In this document: positions 1 through 12,889 of the stretch, in pieces
Layout: each line of letters opens with the position of its first letter
Numbering within the stretch: position 1 is the first letter of the stretch
Notes under the pieces: generated by a model
Database searches by the model: none
What the model was told of the DNA's origin: nothing
Seen by the model: the letters and a program-made list of their open reading frames with translations, nothing else
Position numbers and translations under genes: made by a program
Assembly: GCA_035221665.1 (NCBI GenBank)
Contig: CM069162.1
Coordinates: 21,576,001 to 21,640,000 of the forward strand
Length of the DNA: 64,000 nt
DNA from: Okamejei kenojei
Taxonomy: Eukaryota
Direction: 5' to 3'

Positions 1-211
1 GTGGAGTCTTGATATTAAAATAGAACACACCGGCAACTCTCAGTAGGTCAGGCAGCATCTGTGGAAAGACAAATAGAGATAACACCACAGATCACGGAGT
101 CATAGAAGCATATCATATGGGTGCAGGTCTTTATCGATGCCTCCACTGTAATGAACAATCACCCTATTTATTCTAATCCCATTTTATTCTCTCCACATTT
201 CTTTCAACCTG

Positions 212-520
212 GGGGTGGCATGGTGGTGCAGCGGTAGAGTTGCTGCCTTACAGCATCAGAGACCAGCGTTTGATCCTGACTGCGGGTGCTGTCTGTACGG
301 AGTTTGCGCGTTCTCCCCGTGACATGCGCGGATTTTCTCCGGGAGCTCCGGTTTCCTCCCACACTCCAAAGACGTGCAGGTTTGTAGGTTCATTGGCTTT
401 GGTAAAATTGTAAATTGTTCCCAGTGTGTAGCACACTGTTAGTGTACGGGGATCGCTGGTTGGCGTGGATTCAGTGGGCTGAAGGGACTGTTCCCGTGCT
501 GTAACTCAAACTAAACAAAA
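212..520 (+). mobile_element. tRNA-derived V-SINE (HE1-like)
   Basis: tRNA-like head with A box (TGGTGCAGCGG) and degenerate B box, V-domain (GGAGTTTGCGCGTTCTCCCCGTG...TTTCCTCCCACACTCCAAAGAC), CR1-like tail ending in (AAACT)n. Confidence 0.85.
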
Positions 521-2291
521 CTCCCTCCAGTTTCTACCACTCACCCATACAATTAGGGCAATTAACAATGGATAATTAACCTACCGACATGCACGTCTTT
601 GGGAAGAAACTGGAGCACCTGAAGGAAACCCAAGCAATCCCAGGAAGAAAGTGCAAGCTACTCATAGACTGCATAAGAGGGCAAGAATGAACCCGGGTTT
701 CTGGAGCCTAATGAAGATGTTTAAAAAACCTTGCTCTTGTATTTGCCATTTCTCCCCAGTCCAAACATCAGCACATCAGAGTGTCTCAAACAACAAACAA
801 AGGATACAAAGGACATTTATTATCACATACACCAATTGGTGCAGTGAAATTTGACTTGCCCTTGTAGCACATGAATAAAGATAAGACACAACATTAAAGA
901 ATTTAACAACAAACATAAAAATATCCCCCCACAATGGTTCCCACTGTGGGGGAAGGCAGCAAAGTCCAGTCCCGTCCATTGTTCACCCATAGTCGGGCCC
1001 ATTGTGGTCTCCGCAGTCGCCGCTACGGCAGCCAGGCGGTAGACAATGATTCAATTATACTTTATTGTCTCATGTACCTAGGTGTGGTGAACTTCCTTGT
1101 ATTTGCATACAATCTTGATACAATCATACAGGAGACTTCACCTATGCAGTACACACAGAGTCGCCACATTTCTGGCATGGATCTATGTGGACATTAGCAT
1201 CCAGTCAGTGAATGCTGTGTAGAACAGGGTTAATTATTTTCTACCATTCTGTCATCTCACTTTGTAACAACCATTTTCAAGAATGTGAATTTGCCTTTCT
1301 GCAGGTTCTGGCAGGTATTTTGTAAAGCATCAATGACAAGATCATCTTCGAGAAATTTAAAAAAAAACAACAAATCATGGCATGGTTTTTCGAAAGCACT
1401 ATTGACGACTCGGTTAGGAATTTTGTTAGAACTAATTAATATTCAATGTAAGTAAGCATCAGGTCAGGACCATTCCTCCGCACATCGACTCTGTAAGCAG
1501 AACAGATTTAATTGAGCATCTGCTGAGGAAAAACCATTTAGGATTTAGGAATGATGCAATAATCCCTTGTGTGGGTGAGAATTCATTCAGGCTGCAGACT
1601 AAATATGTCAGAAAATAGATGAAAGCAAAATAAGCAGTTTAAATCACCAGCCAGTGGTACAGCTGTTTGTATCTCATCAGATACACTGAAGATTTAGTAT
1701 GAGACCACGATGATTTATATTTTATCTTTCAATAGTAAGGTTCCTTTAAAATGGTGTTATGGCTGAAGATATCTGCCAAAATATGTAGGACAAATATCTC
1801 CATTAGGATGACCTACATTTACAATAGGCGGTGATCGACCTATCAAGGGTGATGAATCTGACATGAGAATATAGTGAAGACAGACACAAAAAGCCATTCA
1901 CTTCTTTATTTTTGATTTTTTATCTCTATATTATTTTTTTCTATCTTTTCTTACTTATTAAAAAAAATGTATAGAAATATAAATAAGTCTTAAATGTTAA
2001 TATTAATAATATTACGAACGTATGTAAGAAGTACTTTCTATTAATATGTATTTACAACTAATACAAATATTCATCAAAAAAAAAAATCTGGAGTAACTCA
2101 GCAGGTCAGGCAGAATCTCTGGAGAAAAGGAAAAGGTGATATTTTGGGTAGAGACCCTTCTTCAGAAATGCCAACAAAACAGAATTTCTTATTTAAAACA
2201 AGAGATTGTGTAAACAATACTATGGCTGATTCTACAAGCTTAAATCTCTAAATCACAATATTAACCCTGTATGCTCATTGCCATATGGATG

Positions 2292-2600
2292 GTTTAGTTC
2301 AGTTTTAGTTTAGAGAAACAGGCCCTTCGGCCCACCGGGTCCGCGCTGACCCGTATCCCCGGCACATTAACATTATCCTACACCCACTAGGGACAATGTT
2401 TTTTTAACATTTACCAAGCCAATTAACCTACAAACCTATATGTCTTTGGAGTGTGGGAGGAAACCGAAGATCTCGCTGGTCACGGGGAGAATGTACAAAC
2501 TCTGTACAGACAGCACCCGTAGTCGGGATCGAACCCGGATCTCCGGTGCTGCATTCGCTGCAAGGCAGCAACTCTACCGCTGGGCCACCGTGACCACCCT
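2292..2600 (-). mobile_element. V-SINE (HE1-like)
   Basis: Reverse complement of the same SINE; GGATCGAACC is the B box on the minus strand. Confidence 0.85.
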
Positions 2601-2845
2601 TAGTTGATCAATGATGAGGTGATGTACATCTGCTCATGATTTACCAAGTTCAGGTTATTACTGTGTTTCAGTTATGATGCCCATTGAAGGTTCTTATCTT
2701 GAAGAAGCCCAGATGGTGATTGTCTTCTGGCTAGGCCCTTGTAAAAGGGTTCATAGTCAAGCCAAATGAAGGTGTCATCTACCGATAGGCACTCACTATC
2801 TTGCTAAAGAAAAATCAAGTTTCTGGAGTATCTTTTACATCATCA

Positions 2846-3161
2846 GGTGGCACGGTGATGCAGCACAGTGGCACAACGGTGGAGTTGCTGCCTTGCAGGT
2901 CAGGGACCCGGGTTCGATCCTGACCAGGGGTGCTGTCTGCATGGAGTTTGCTTGTTCTCCCTGTGACCTGCATGGATTTTCTCCGGGAGCTCCAGTTTCC
3001 TCCCACATTCCAAACAAGTACTAATTAGCTTGGTAAAATTGTAAATTGTCCCTAGTACGTGTAGGATAGTGTTAGTGTGCAGGGATCGCTGGTCAGTGCG
3101 GCCGAAGGGTCTGTGTATCTCTAAACTAAACAAATCTAACCGTTAATTAAACTAAACTAAC
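2846..3161 (+). mobile_element. V-SINE (HE1-like)
   Basis: GGTTCGATCC B box, V-domain, (AAACT)n tail. Confidence 0.85.
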
Positions 3162-4399
3162 CCTGGAGCACTTTACGTCATTCCCATCAATGGAAGGAAG
3201 GAGGCAGATACAAAGATTATCATTCTTGGGCATGTGTACTACATATTGACTCATTTCATACAACTCAGGCATAGAGGCCCAGATTTTTCTGGTTGACATG
3301 GCTTAGTACTGACATAGTCGGAACTGTACTCTGACATTTGGATAGGTGCCTGGACAGGAATGATTTAGAGGGATATGGGCCAAACGCAGGCAGGTGCGAA
3401 TAGTGTACATGGAGCAGCTTGGTCAGCATGGGCAAGTTGGGCCGAAGGGGTAATTTTCATGCTCTATGACTCTATGTAAGAAAGTCCTGCTTGCCAATCA
3501 ACCATAGAGGATATGAAAAAAACGGATAAATCTATGCTTCTGAACAAAATGAAGCACTCAGGCAAATTAAATGTTTATTTTTATGTTAGCCCCGCATCAA
3601 AATAACTAGTCAAAAAATGATTACTAACCAATAAGCAGAAAGAAGCAGCAACAGTAACTCAACTGATTTCATATCCATCAACAAAACAGAAACAAATGAG
3701 GCATTTCAGATCTGCCTGGACTTTCCTGCAGTGATTTCAACATCCCTGCTGATTATGGCAAATTCAAAGCGGGAGAGAATAACAAATAATTAATGAAAGT
3801 GGAACATCTCAAATGAGGAAAAGAATACTCCAGCATGAGGGCAAAAAAAATGGAGGAATCGACGAGAAACATGAAAAGAAATAAATATTAAAAAATGAAG
3901 AAGATTTTTACACTGACTGAATACTAACAACATTACAGTTGAAAATGCACTGGAGTAGATGAAACGTCTTTGGTTGCGAACACGAAAGGATTTGAAAGGT
4001 AATGAAAGCCAAAGAGAGATTTATTTTGTTTACAACCTTTTATAGTAAATTAAATGCAGATTCTTTTTTTTTTTTTTTAAATGCTGTTTGCTCTCATTCC
4101 TCTTGAAGCTAGTGAATTGGCTGGGATACAGTTTCCCTGTAATGGGCTTACCATTAGGGTGAAGCTTGCTTATTGCAGGCAATGAATGGCCTTGTCTGGT
4201 CTGAATGGTTCCGTGTTGCTAAAGGAGCTCAGTTCAGTTCTGTTCACTTTAGTTTATTGTCATGTGCACCATGCACCTCCCAGAGAGAGTTTCCATAGCC
4301 TGACCTTCTGCTCCACACATCGAAGGGAACACTCAGACTATATAACATTACTATGGATGGGTACTTTATGTCCAGCATGGACTAGGTAGGTTTAAGCTT

Positions 4400-5000
4400 A
4401 GTTTAGTTTATTGTCACATGTACTGAGGTGCAGTAAAAAGCTTTTGTTGCGTGCTATCCAGTCAGCCAGAAGACAGAACATGATTACAATGTATAGATAC
4501 CCTGATAAGGGATTTACGTTTAGTGCAAGGTAAAGTCAGCAAAGTCCGACCAAGGATAGTCTGGGGGTCACCGATGAGGTAGATAGTAGTTGAGGATTGC
4601 TCTCTGGTTGAGGTAGGATGATTCAATTGCCTGATAACAGCTGGGAAGAAACTGTCCCTGAATCTGGAGGTAGACAAAAATGCCGGAGAAACTCAGCTGG
4701 TGAGGCGGCATCTATGGAGCGAAGGAATAGATGACGTTTTGGGTCGAGACCCTTCTTCAGACATGTGTGGGTGGGGGGGCGGGAAGAAGAAAGGAAGAGG
4801 CAGAGACAGTAGGCTGTGGGAGAGCTGGGAAGGGGAGGGGAAGGAGGGAGAAAACAAGGACTACCTGAAATTGGAGGTCAATTTCCATACCACTGGTATG
4901 AATCAGCTGAATCTGGAGGTGTACGCTTTCACACTTCTGTGCCTTTCGCCTGAAGGGAGAGGAGAGGAGTGGCCAGAGTGCGACTTGTCCTTGATTATGC
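4400..5000 (-). mobile_element. Rex1/Babar-type LINE 3' end, interrupted by a Penelope-derived insert
   Basis: Encodes TSRFRDSFFPAVIRQLN, a typical Rex1/Babar ORF C-terminus; 3'UTR ends GACAATAAA(CTAAA)n; split at 4672-4906. Confidence 0.75.
4672..4906 (-). mobile_element. Penelope-derived short element with 14-bp TSD
   Basis: Flanked by CTGAATCTGGAGGT at 4658-4671 and 4907-4920; carries a mutated hammerhead-like core and the end of the GIY-YIG ORF. Confidence 0.8.
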
Positions 5001-5407
5001 TGGGAATGTGGGAAGTAAACCTGTTGTTATCAAGCAACTGAACCATCCTACCAATAATTAGAGAGCAGTCTGGAGCTACTACCTCAGTCTATCTTTGATC
5101 GGACTTTAGCTTGCACTAAATGTTTTTCACATTATTCCCTTCATCATGCATTTGTGCGCTGTGTATGGCTTGATTGTAATCCTGTATTCTCTTTGCGCTG
5201 ACTGGGAAGCACACAACAAAAGCTTTTATCTGTTCACGTACACGTGTGCTCTGTGCAGGTGACCATAAACTAAACTCAAAAAATGATATTTCTGATCCAT
5301 GCAACTGAAGAAAGTGACGTCATGAAATTATACCCCAGCTGCATTACTGGACGTGCACAGGAGTATTTCACAGTCTTTTTCAAATTTGCAGCGCTAATGT
5401 TGCATTG

Positions 5408-5692
5408 TGTAGCACAGTGGAGCTGCTGCCTCACAGGGCCAGAACTCGCCTTCTGACTGTGTGGAGTCAGCACGTTCTCCTTGTGGCCACAGGGGCTTCC
5501 TTCGGTTTCCTGCCACGTCCAAAAGACGTGCAGGTCTGTAGGTTAATTGGCATCTGTAAATTGCCCCTAATAAATAGAGGGCGGATGCAAAAGTGGGATA
5601 ACATAGAACTAGTGTGAATGGTTGATCGATGGCCATGTGGACTTGGTGGGCCAAAAGGCCTATTTCCATTCTGAATCTCAAAACTAAGCTAA
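5408..5692 (+). mobile_element. V-SINE, diverged
   Basis: V-domain and tail similarity. Confidence 0.7.
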
Positions 5693-5986
5693 ATTTGTAG
5701 CCTTGACTTGCTGAGTTGCTGGGTTTCACTGAGTGGTAATGCAAATGGAACCAGTTCGTACAGACCTGTCTTTCACATCCCTAGCAAATATTGCTTCCAA
5801 GGACGTTTGAGAATATGTTTCTATCTGGCTCTCAGTCAAAGACTTAGCAAGAAACACCGCTAATATTGTCCACTTTGGTTATAAATTCAAAGGTTTAAGA
5901 GATGTCACATAAACAATGAATCTCCAGAAATTGATGGTCTGATCATTCTGCACAACCCGCATCTTGCCCCAAGTTCCACTATAATG

Positions 5987-6280
5987 TTTAGTTTTTTTCA
6001 GTTTAGAGATGCAGCCCAGAAACAGCCCCTTTCGGCCCACTTAGTCCCCACCGACCAGCGATCCCCACTCATTACCACTATCCGACACACGGGACAATTT
6101 ACATTTACACCAAGCCAATTAACCTACGGGACTGTACGTCCTTTGGAGTGTGGGTTGAACCAAAAGATCTCGGAGGAAATCCACGCAGGTCACGGGGAGA
6201 ACATACAAACTCTGTAGAGCCAAGCACCCATGGTCAGGATCCAAACTGGGTCTCTTACTGCTGCGCCACCATGCCACCCT
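5987..6280 (-). mobile_element. V-SINE
   Basis: Same SINE on the minus strand. Confidence 0.8.
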
Positions 6281-6679
6281 GACTGTTAAGAAGTTGCCAG
6301 ATTTGCACCTAATTGCTGATTAAACCTCAATGTAAAATGTTAGGGCTGCAACTTAGCGGTCGAAAGAGCTTTCGAATGATGTGAGGACTGTAGGGAAAAT
6401 ACCAATCAATATTGCTGGCCAAGGAGCTATTTAAACTGTTCACTCTTTTCTTCAATTGTTCAGCTAAAGGGTATTAGAAATCTCGTATTCTCTGTCCCTG
6501 GAATCTGCGGCTGCAGGAATAAATGGAGTTTTCACACTCAATAGGTTTCTGTTGGCAAGGGGATTATGAATTAGAAATTTAAATTCAGATTGACCATGAT
6601 ATAACTGAACAGTTTGGGAGGCTGAATGGCTTTCTTCTGTTAGTCAAAGATTCATCCAGCATAGGAACGTGCTCTCACA

Positions 6680-7205
6680 GCTTACATCCATCTCGGCATG
6701 GTTTGGAGACAGCATCCAAGACCGTAAGAAATTGCAGTAAATTGTGGACGCAGCCCAGACCATCACACAAACCAGCCTCCCTTCCATTAACTCCATTTAC
6801 ACCTCACGCTGCCTCGGCGAGGCCAGCAGCATAATCAAGGATGAGTCGCACCCTGGCCACTCCCTCTTCTTACCTCTCCCATCGGGCAAAAGGCAAAGAA
6901 GTGTGAAAACGCACACCTCCAGATTCAGGGACAGCTTCTTTCCAGCTGTTATCAGGCAACTGAATCATCCCACCACAACCAGAGAGCAGTCCTGAACTAC
7001 TATCTACCTCATTGGTGACCCTCGGACTGTCCTTGATCAGACTTTGCTGGCTTTACCTTGCACTAAATGTTATTCCCTTATCATGTATCTATACACTGTG
7101 AATGGCTCGATTGCAGTCATGTTTTGTCTTTCTGCTGACTGGTTAGCACGCAACAAAAGCTTTTCACTGTACCTCAGTATACGTGACAATAAACTAAACT
7201 AAACT
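6680..7205 (+). mobile_element. Rex1/Babar-type LINE 3' fragment
   Basis: ORF 6744-6995 (...IIKDESHPGHSLF.PLPSGKR.RS.KTHTSRFRDSFFPAVIRQLN), then 3'UTR and (AAACT)n tail. Confidence 0.85.
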
Positions 7206-7264
7206 AAGCTTAAACCTATCTAGTCCAAGCTGGCCATAAAGTACCCATCCATAGTAATGTTATA

Positions 7265-7560
7265 CTAGACAAAGTGTGACCTGTTGTGTCCCTGTCACAT
7301 GGGAGGCCTGGTCCTGCAACGCAACCCGTTACCCAACGCAATATTCCACCATTCACGCCTATCGCCCTCCCATCAAATCCACCCCTCCCTGTCCCCTTCT
7401 CCCTCTATTCCCCCCCTCTATCCAACCTTGCCCATCACCCCAGACCCTTTCTACCCCCCATCCCTACCCCCTGCACTCCACCACCCTCTATTTCACTCCC
7501 TGCCTCTCTTTCCCCCCCTCCCTCCCTCCCTCCCTCCCTCATCCCTCTCTCCCCCCCCCC
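7265..7560 (-). mobile_element. Non-autonomous Helitron 3' end (probable)
   Basis: Minus strand ends in CTAG followed by T; shares GGTGGAATATTGCGTTGGG with 12160-12212 and 53467-53517. Confidence 0.55.
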
Positions 7561-7988
7561 GTGCCGTGGGTCAGGCTGCAGTGGTCGCCCATTCCTGCCT
7601 GTCCAGTTGAGTTACTCCAGCTTTTTGTGTCTATTGTAGGTTAATTGGCTTGGCGTATGTCCCTAGTGTGTGTAGGATAGTGTTAATGTGCGTGGATCGC
7701 TTATCGGTGGGTCGAAGGGCCTGTTTCCGCATTGTATCTCTAAACTAAACTAAGCAATATCAGTCACAATAGCAAACAAAATATTGACTGATAGACACAA
7801 AGTGCTGGAGTTGCCAGTCAATTATTCTGATGATCAAGAGAGTATCATAATACAATGCTAGAATATGCTACCATCCTTGTCACCAAACATTGCAATGGGT
7901 ATTATTGGAAAAAACACTCACAAAGAGAAAGTGTGCACTGTGGGGATCACAGTGGACATCAACTGAGGTAGGAGCCCACTAAGAGTTA

Positions 7989-8307
7989 AGGGGCTGTCCC
8001 ACTGTACAAGCTAATTCAAGAGTTCTCCCGAGTTTCCCCTGATTCGAACTCGGAGAATTACGGTAATGGCCGCTCATAGGTAATCCGGGCTCTCGTGGAC
8101 ATTTTTCAACATGTTGAAAAATCTTCACGAGTCTTCCCGAGCTTACCGCGTTTCCCGAGTACCTGCCGTTAGCGTTACGAGCCGCTAGGAGTCGTCCCGA
8201 GCTCCGACGTACCCGCTACGTACATTCTACATGCTTTACCACGAGTTTTGATTTTTTTTTAAACTCGGGAGAACTCTTGAATTACCTCGTACAGTGGGAC
8301 AGGCCCT
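7989..8307. mobile_element. PIF/Harbinger-type MITE
   Basis: TIR AGGG(G/C)CTGTCCCACTGTAC at both ends; TTA target duplication at 7986-7988 and 8308-8310. Confidence 0.85.
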
Positions 8308-9092
8308 TTAGGAAACAAACCTCAGGAACAATCTACTGATAGTGATCAGACTGGGAGTACTGATTTTGGATGCTCAGCCATGATTATATTGAATGGCAGT
8401 GAAGGGTTTGAAGGGCTGAATGGCCTACTCCTGCACCTGTTTTGCTATTTTTCTATGGCTAGATGAGAGACCTGACCCGCAAAATAAATTCGCAGAATAA
8501 GCTTACTGCCTTCAATTAAGTAGGAGCACTTCAATAAACTAGAAACAAAGCAGGCGCATAACACAACCCATCTAATCCCAGATATATTTCCTTAATTTGG
8601 AATGCTGCCATGAAAAGCAATTAAACTGGGAAATGGCAGGATTGGGTACAAAAGCCTTCAGGCAATAACTTTACAGAAGGTCACAGAGTCATAGGGACAT
8701 GACAAGCCCTTCCACCCACTTTCCGCACACACATTAACCATCAATTTATATGAATACTATATTAATTCTACATTGCCCAGATTCTACCTCGCATCGACAC
8801 TAGGGACAATCGACAATGGCCAATTAATGCACCAAAGCTCATTAACTTAGGCCGTGGGAGGAGACCAGAACACGCAGTGGAAATCCACAAGGAGAACGTA
8901 CTTGTGTATCTGTTGCTAAAAGGCAATGGCTCTACCAGTGGTGCCACCGTGCCAACGAAATGTGGTCTAAAGATATCTATTCTGACACCATGAGACTTTA
9001 TGACTCCATGTATCATATTCTGAGTGACTTCAGGTGATAAATGATGATTGATGTAAAATATAGAGATCCCAGGTGGTATCTAATCACTCTAA

Positions 9093-9499
9093 TTTAGTTT
9101 AGTTTAGAGATACAGCGTGGAAACAGGCCCTTTGGCCCACTGAATCCATACCGACCAATGATCCCCGTACAATAGCGCTTTCTTACACGCAAGGGACAAT
9201 TTACAATTTTACCAAGTCAGTTAGCCTGCAAACCTGTACAATGGATATGGGGAGGAGGCAATGTGATCATCCATGATCACATTGAATGCCGGTGCTGGCT
9301 CAAAGGGCTGAATGGCCTAATCCTGCACCCATTGTCTATTGTCTATTGTCTTTGCAGTGGGGGTGGAAAGCAGAGCTCCTGGAGAAAACCAACGCAGGTC
9401 ACGGGGAGAACGTGCAAACTCTGTCCAGCCAGCACCTGTCGTCAGGATCGAACCCGGGCCTCTGGCGCTGGGAGGCGGCAACTCTACCACGGTGCCGCC
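9093..9499 (-). mobile_element. V-SINE interrupted by a CR1 tail fragment
   Basis: SINE halves at 9093-9240 and 9360-9499; CR1 3' piece between them. Confidence 0.7.
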
Positions 9500-9762
9500 T
9501 TGCTGAACAAGTAAAATCAGTGATGACGACAACTCTGTGGTGAGGCAGCAAGTTAATATGCCTACACAGAATATTTCACAGAGCTTACTCAGAGTTGCAT
9601 GCATTTGAGATGATAACCGTTGGGTGATGAAATGAAACCAAAAGTGCTGCTTGTCTATTCGAACCAGTAGTGCCATTCAATGTGATCATGGCTGATAATC
9701 CAAAATCAGTACCCCGTTCCTGCTTTCCCCCCATATCCATTAGCCTTAAGAGCTATATCTAA

Positions 9763-10540
9763 AAGGGCTTTCCCACTGCGGCGACCTAATCTGCGAGTTC
9801 AGAAGAGTGTCTGCGACCGTCAAGCTCGAGGGCACTCACCTGAAAAACCTCGAGCTGGATCGACCGTCAGCGATGAAACCGTGAGCAGGATTGACCAACC
9901 ACACAAACACACACACACACACACAAACACATCGCAAAGGCGGGGGCCAGGGAAAGCGGGGAAGCGCTGTCCGGAATTCACACCCGCGATGAAGAGGAAG
10001 GTAAACGGCTGCCACAGTGTACGGTAAGTCTTTTAGAGAGTGCGGAGGGAGGGGGGGATAGAAGGAGAGAGAAGGGGTGAGAAGGGGAGAGAGGGGGAGA
10101 GAGGGGGAGAGAAGGGGAGTGAAAGAGGGAGAGAGAGTGGAGACAGTTTTAAGAAGTATAATGAAGTTTAGCGGCATTTAACCTACCGATCGGTTTTCCT
10201 TGGTCCTGAAAACTCCAATGAGCCAATCAAATTGCCCGGTCAGCGAAGGAGATTGCCTACGGCTGCCCTCGACTGCCTGGAACTACATAGTGACCCCACT
10301 CCACTGCACTACGAGTTCAAAAGAACCATGCCGACCAATTTTTACTCGCGGAAATTTTTTCAACATGCTGAAACATTTTCCGCGACCAAACTGAGGCCGC
10401 GAGTATGCGGGAACTTCCCTCGAGTATGAAGGAGAGTTCCAGTGACCTCCTAGGACCATGTGTCGACCATGCTGCGAGTTTGAATCGAGGGCAAACTCTT
10501 CTAAACTCGCAGATTAGGTCGCCGCAGTGGGACAGCCCCT
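9763..10540. mobile_element. PIF/Harbinger-type MITE inserted in a CR1 fragment
   Basis: About 37-bp TIR (A.GGGCT.TCCCACTGCGGCGACCTAATCTGCGAGTT); TAA/TTA flanks; CR1 sequence resumes at 10541. Confidence 0.85.
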
Positions 10541-10785
10541 TTACACACTCTTGAAAACATCCAGTGAATTGGCCTCCACTGCCTTCTGTGGCAGAGAACG
10601 CCATGCGCTGCATCAATAAATAACCAGGGCATTCTCCCTGATATCCTGCATGATACTCATGTCTCAAACATCATCAATTAAACTGATTATTTATTCACCA
10701 TCACACTGTTGCCTGCCAGTTCTTGCTGTCAGAGCAGCTGCTGCCATTTTACTTACAATACAACTGCGAAAACATTTTGCTTGTC

Positions 10786-11100
10786 AATAGACAATAGACA
10801 ATAGTGATCATGGCTGATCATCCACAATCAGTAACCCGTTCCTGCCTTCTCCCCATATCCCCTGACTCTGCTATCTTCAAGGGCCCTATCTAGCTCTCTC
10901 TTGAAAGTATCCAGAGAACCGGCCTCCGCCGCCCACTGAGGCAGAGAATTCCGCAGACTCACCACTCTCAGTGTGAAAAAGTGTTTCCTCATCTCCCTTC
11001 TAAATGGGTTACCCGTTATTCTTAAAATGTGGCCTCTGGTTCTGGACCCCCCGAACATCGGGAACATGTTTCCTACCTCTAGCGTGTCCAAACCCTTAAT
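10786..11100 (-). mobile_element. CR1 (HER1-like) LINE 3' fragment
   Basis: ORF 10828-11091: SRTRGH.LRI...FRREMRKHFFT.RVV..NSLP...FKRELD; (CTATTGT)n tail. Confidence 0.85.
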
Positions 11101-11179
11101 CTATTTAATTAAAAGAACTAATCTTGACCACTTCCTGTTTGCGCAGCATATTGATTTTAGAAATAAACGCTACCACTTA

Positions 11180-11750
11180 GGGCTGTGATTTTTGGCCATC
11201 TTACTCAGAGTCCCCCTTCGCTGCGCAGGACAATGGATTCTTCCCAACGATGAAAAATAAAAGACTTATTAATGTTCAAAAACTGTTGAGATTCTCTCTC
11301 CTGTCAATCACACCATGAAGGCTATGCCTCTTCCGGTGGGATGGGGGAGGGATTATAAAACCCGGAAGTGTGGGCGTGGCTCAGTCTCTGCAAGATGGGG
11401 GAGGGAGAGGTCACCTTGTTGGCCTTGCAACCTGCTTGAAATGGCAGGAAACTGCCTTTGAATTTGGTGGCCTTGCACCCTGCTTGAAATGGTAGGAAAC
11501 TTCATTTGAATTTGGTGGCCTGCACTCTGCTTGAAATGGAATTTCAAGGAATAGCCGTGATTGAACTGCCAGCCCACCAGCCATGAGTGAGCAGCCAGCA
11601 CACCAGGCTTGAGTGACTGAGCAGCCAGCCCAAGAATCCATTTGGCCCACAATTTGCATACTAGCCCTCTGGAAACCAGCCCCTTCAGCCCACAACACCC
11701 ATACCTTCTGAACCTTCTGAATTTTGTAGTCGGCAGGTCAGTACTCTGCA
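11180..11750. repeat. Unclassified element with an internal ~48-bp tandem repeat
   Basis: About 2.5 copies of TGGCCTTGCA.CCTGCTTGAAATGG.AGGAAACT...TTTGAATTTGG at 11420-11539. Confidence 0.5.
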
Positions 11751-11789
11751 TATCGCCAACTTGGACAATTTAACTTTTATTTTTTATCA

Positions 11790-11987
11790 ACCCAATTAAA
11801 CAAGCCAATTAACCTACAAACCTGACGTCTTTGGAGTGCGGGAGGAAACCGAAGATCACGGAGAAAACCCACGCAGATCATGGGGAGAACGTACAAACTC
11901 CATACAGACAGCACCCGTAGTCGGGATTGAGCCCGGGTCTCTGTCGCTGCATTTTGCTGCATTTTAAGGCAGCAACTCTACCGCTGC
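11790..11987 (-). mobile_element. V-SINE truncated by the assembly gap
   Basis: V-domain on the minus strand up to the N run. Confidence 0.8.
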
Positions 11988-12143
11988 NNNNNNNNNNNNN
12001 NNNNNNNNNNNNNNNNNNNNNNNNNNNNNNNNNNNNNNNNNNNNNNNNNNNNNNNNNNNNNNNNNNNNNNNNNNNNNNNNNNNNNNNNNNNNNNNNNNNN
12101 NNNNNNNNNNNNNNNNNNNNNNNNNNNNNNNNNNNNNNNNNNN
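11988..12143. other. Assembly gap
   Basis: Run of N. Confidence 1.
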
Positions 12144-12299
12144 NGAATTGGTGGAGAGGTGGAATATTGCGTCCGGGGACCAGCCCTCCGGTCTGGGTCC
12201 CACTTAGTCTATAATCTTATATGTTTCATTAAGATACTCTCTCATCCTTCTAAATTCCAGAGTGTACAAGCCAAGTTGCTTGTCATTAAATTTTTAGTG

Positions 12300-12552
12300 A
12301 AAGGCCTGGATAGAGTGGATGTGGAGAGGATGTTTCTGCTCGTGGGAGAGTCTGGGACCAGAAGGCATAGCCTCAGAATAAAAGGACGTACCTTGGGAAA
12401 GTTAATGAGGAGGAATTTCTTTAGTCAGAAGGTTGGAATTAATTGCCACAGTACGCCGTGGTGACCGATGAATATTTTTAAGCGGGAGATTGACAGATTC
12501 TTGATTAGTATGGGTGACAGGGGCCATGGGGAGAAAGCAGGATAATGAGGTT
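12300..12552 (+). mobile_element. CR1 LINE 3' fragment
   Basis: KGLDRVDVERMF..VGES.TR.HSLRIKG....RRNFFSQ. Confidence 0.8.
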
Positions 12553-12581
12553 AAGTCAATAAAGCCCACAATGAAGTCCAC

Positions 12582-12868
12582 AGGCGGCACGGTGGTGCGG
12601 CGTTAGAGTTGCTGACTTACAGCGAATGCAGCGCCGGAGACCCCGTCTCGATCCCAACTCCAGCTGCTGTCTGTACGTTGGTGACGTGACACGCGTGGCT
12701 TTTCTCCGAGATCTTTGGTTTCCTCCCACACAACAAAGACTTACAGGTATGTAGGTTAATTGGCTTGTTACATGTAAAAATTGTCCCTAGTATGTGGAGG
12801 ATAGTGTTAATATGCGGGGATCGCTGGTCTGCACAGACCCGCTGTATCTCTAAACTAAGAACTAAACA
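12582..12868 (+). mobile_element. V-SINE
   Basis: Head GGCGGCACGGTGG, V-domain, tail. Confidence 0.8.
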
Positions 12869-12889
12869 AAAAAAACACAGGTGGTGGTT

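Noticed and set aside
1305-1447. Possible plus-strand exon (tttctgcAG ... GTAAGT)
   Set aside because: No partner exons or convincing coding frame identified; such sites occur by chance in 64 kb.
11420-11539. CRISPR-like array
   Set aside because: Contiguous tandem units without unique spacers, in eukaryotic context.
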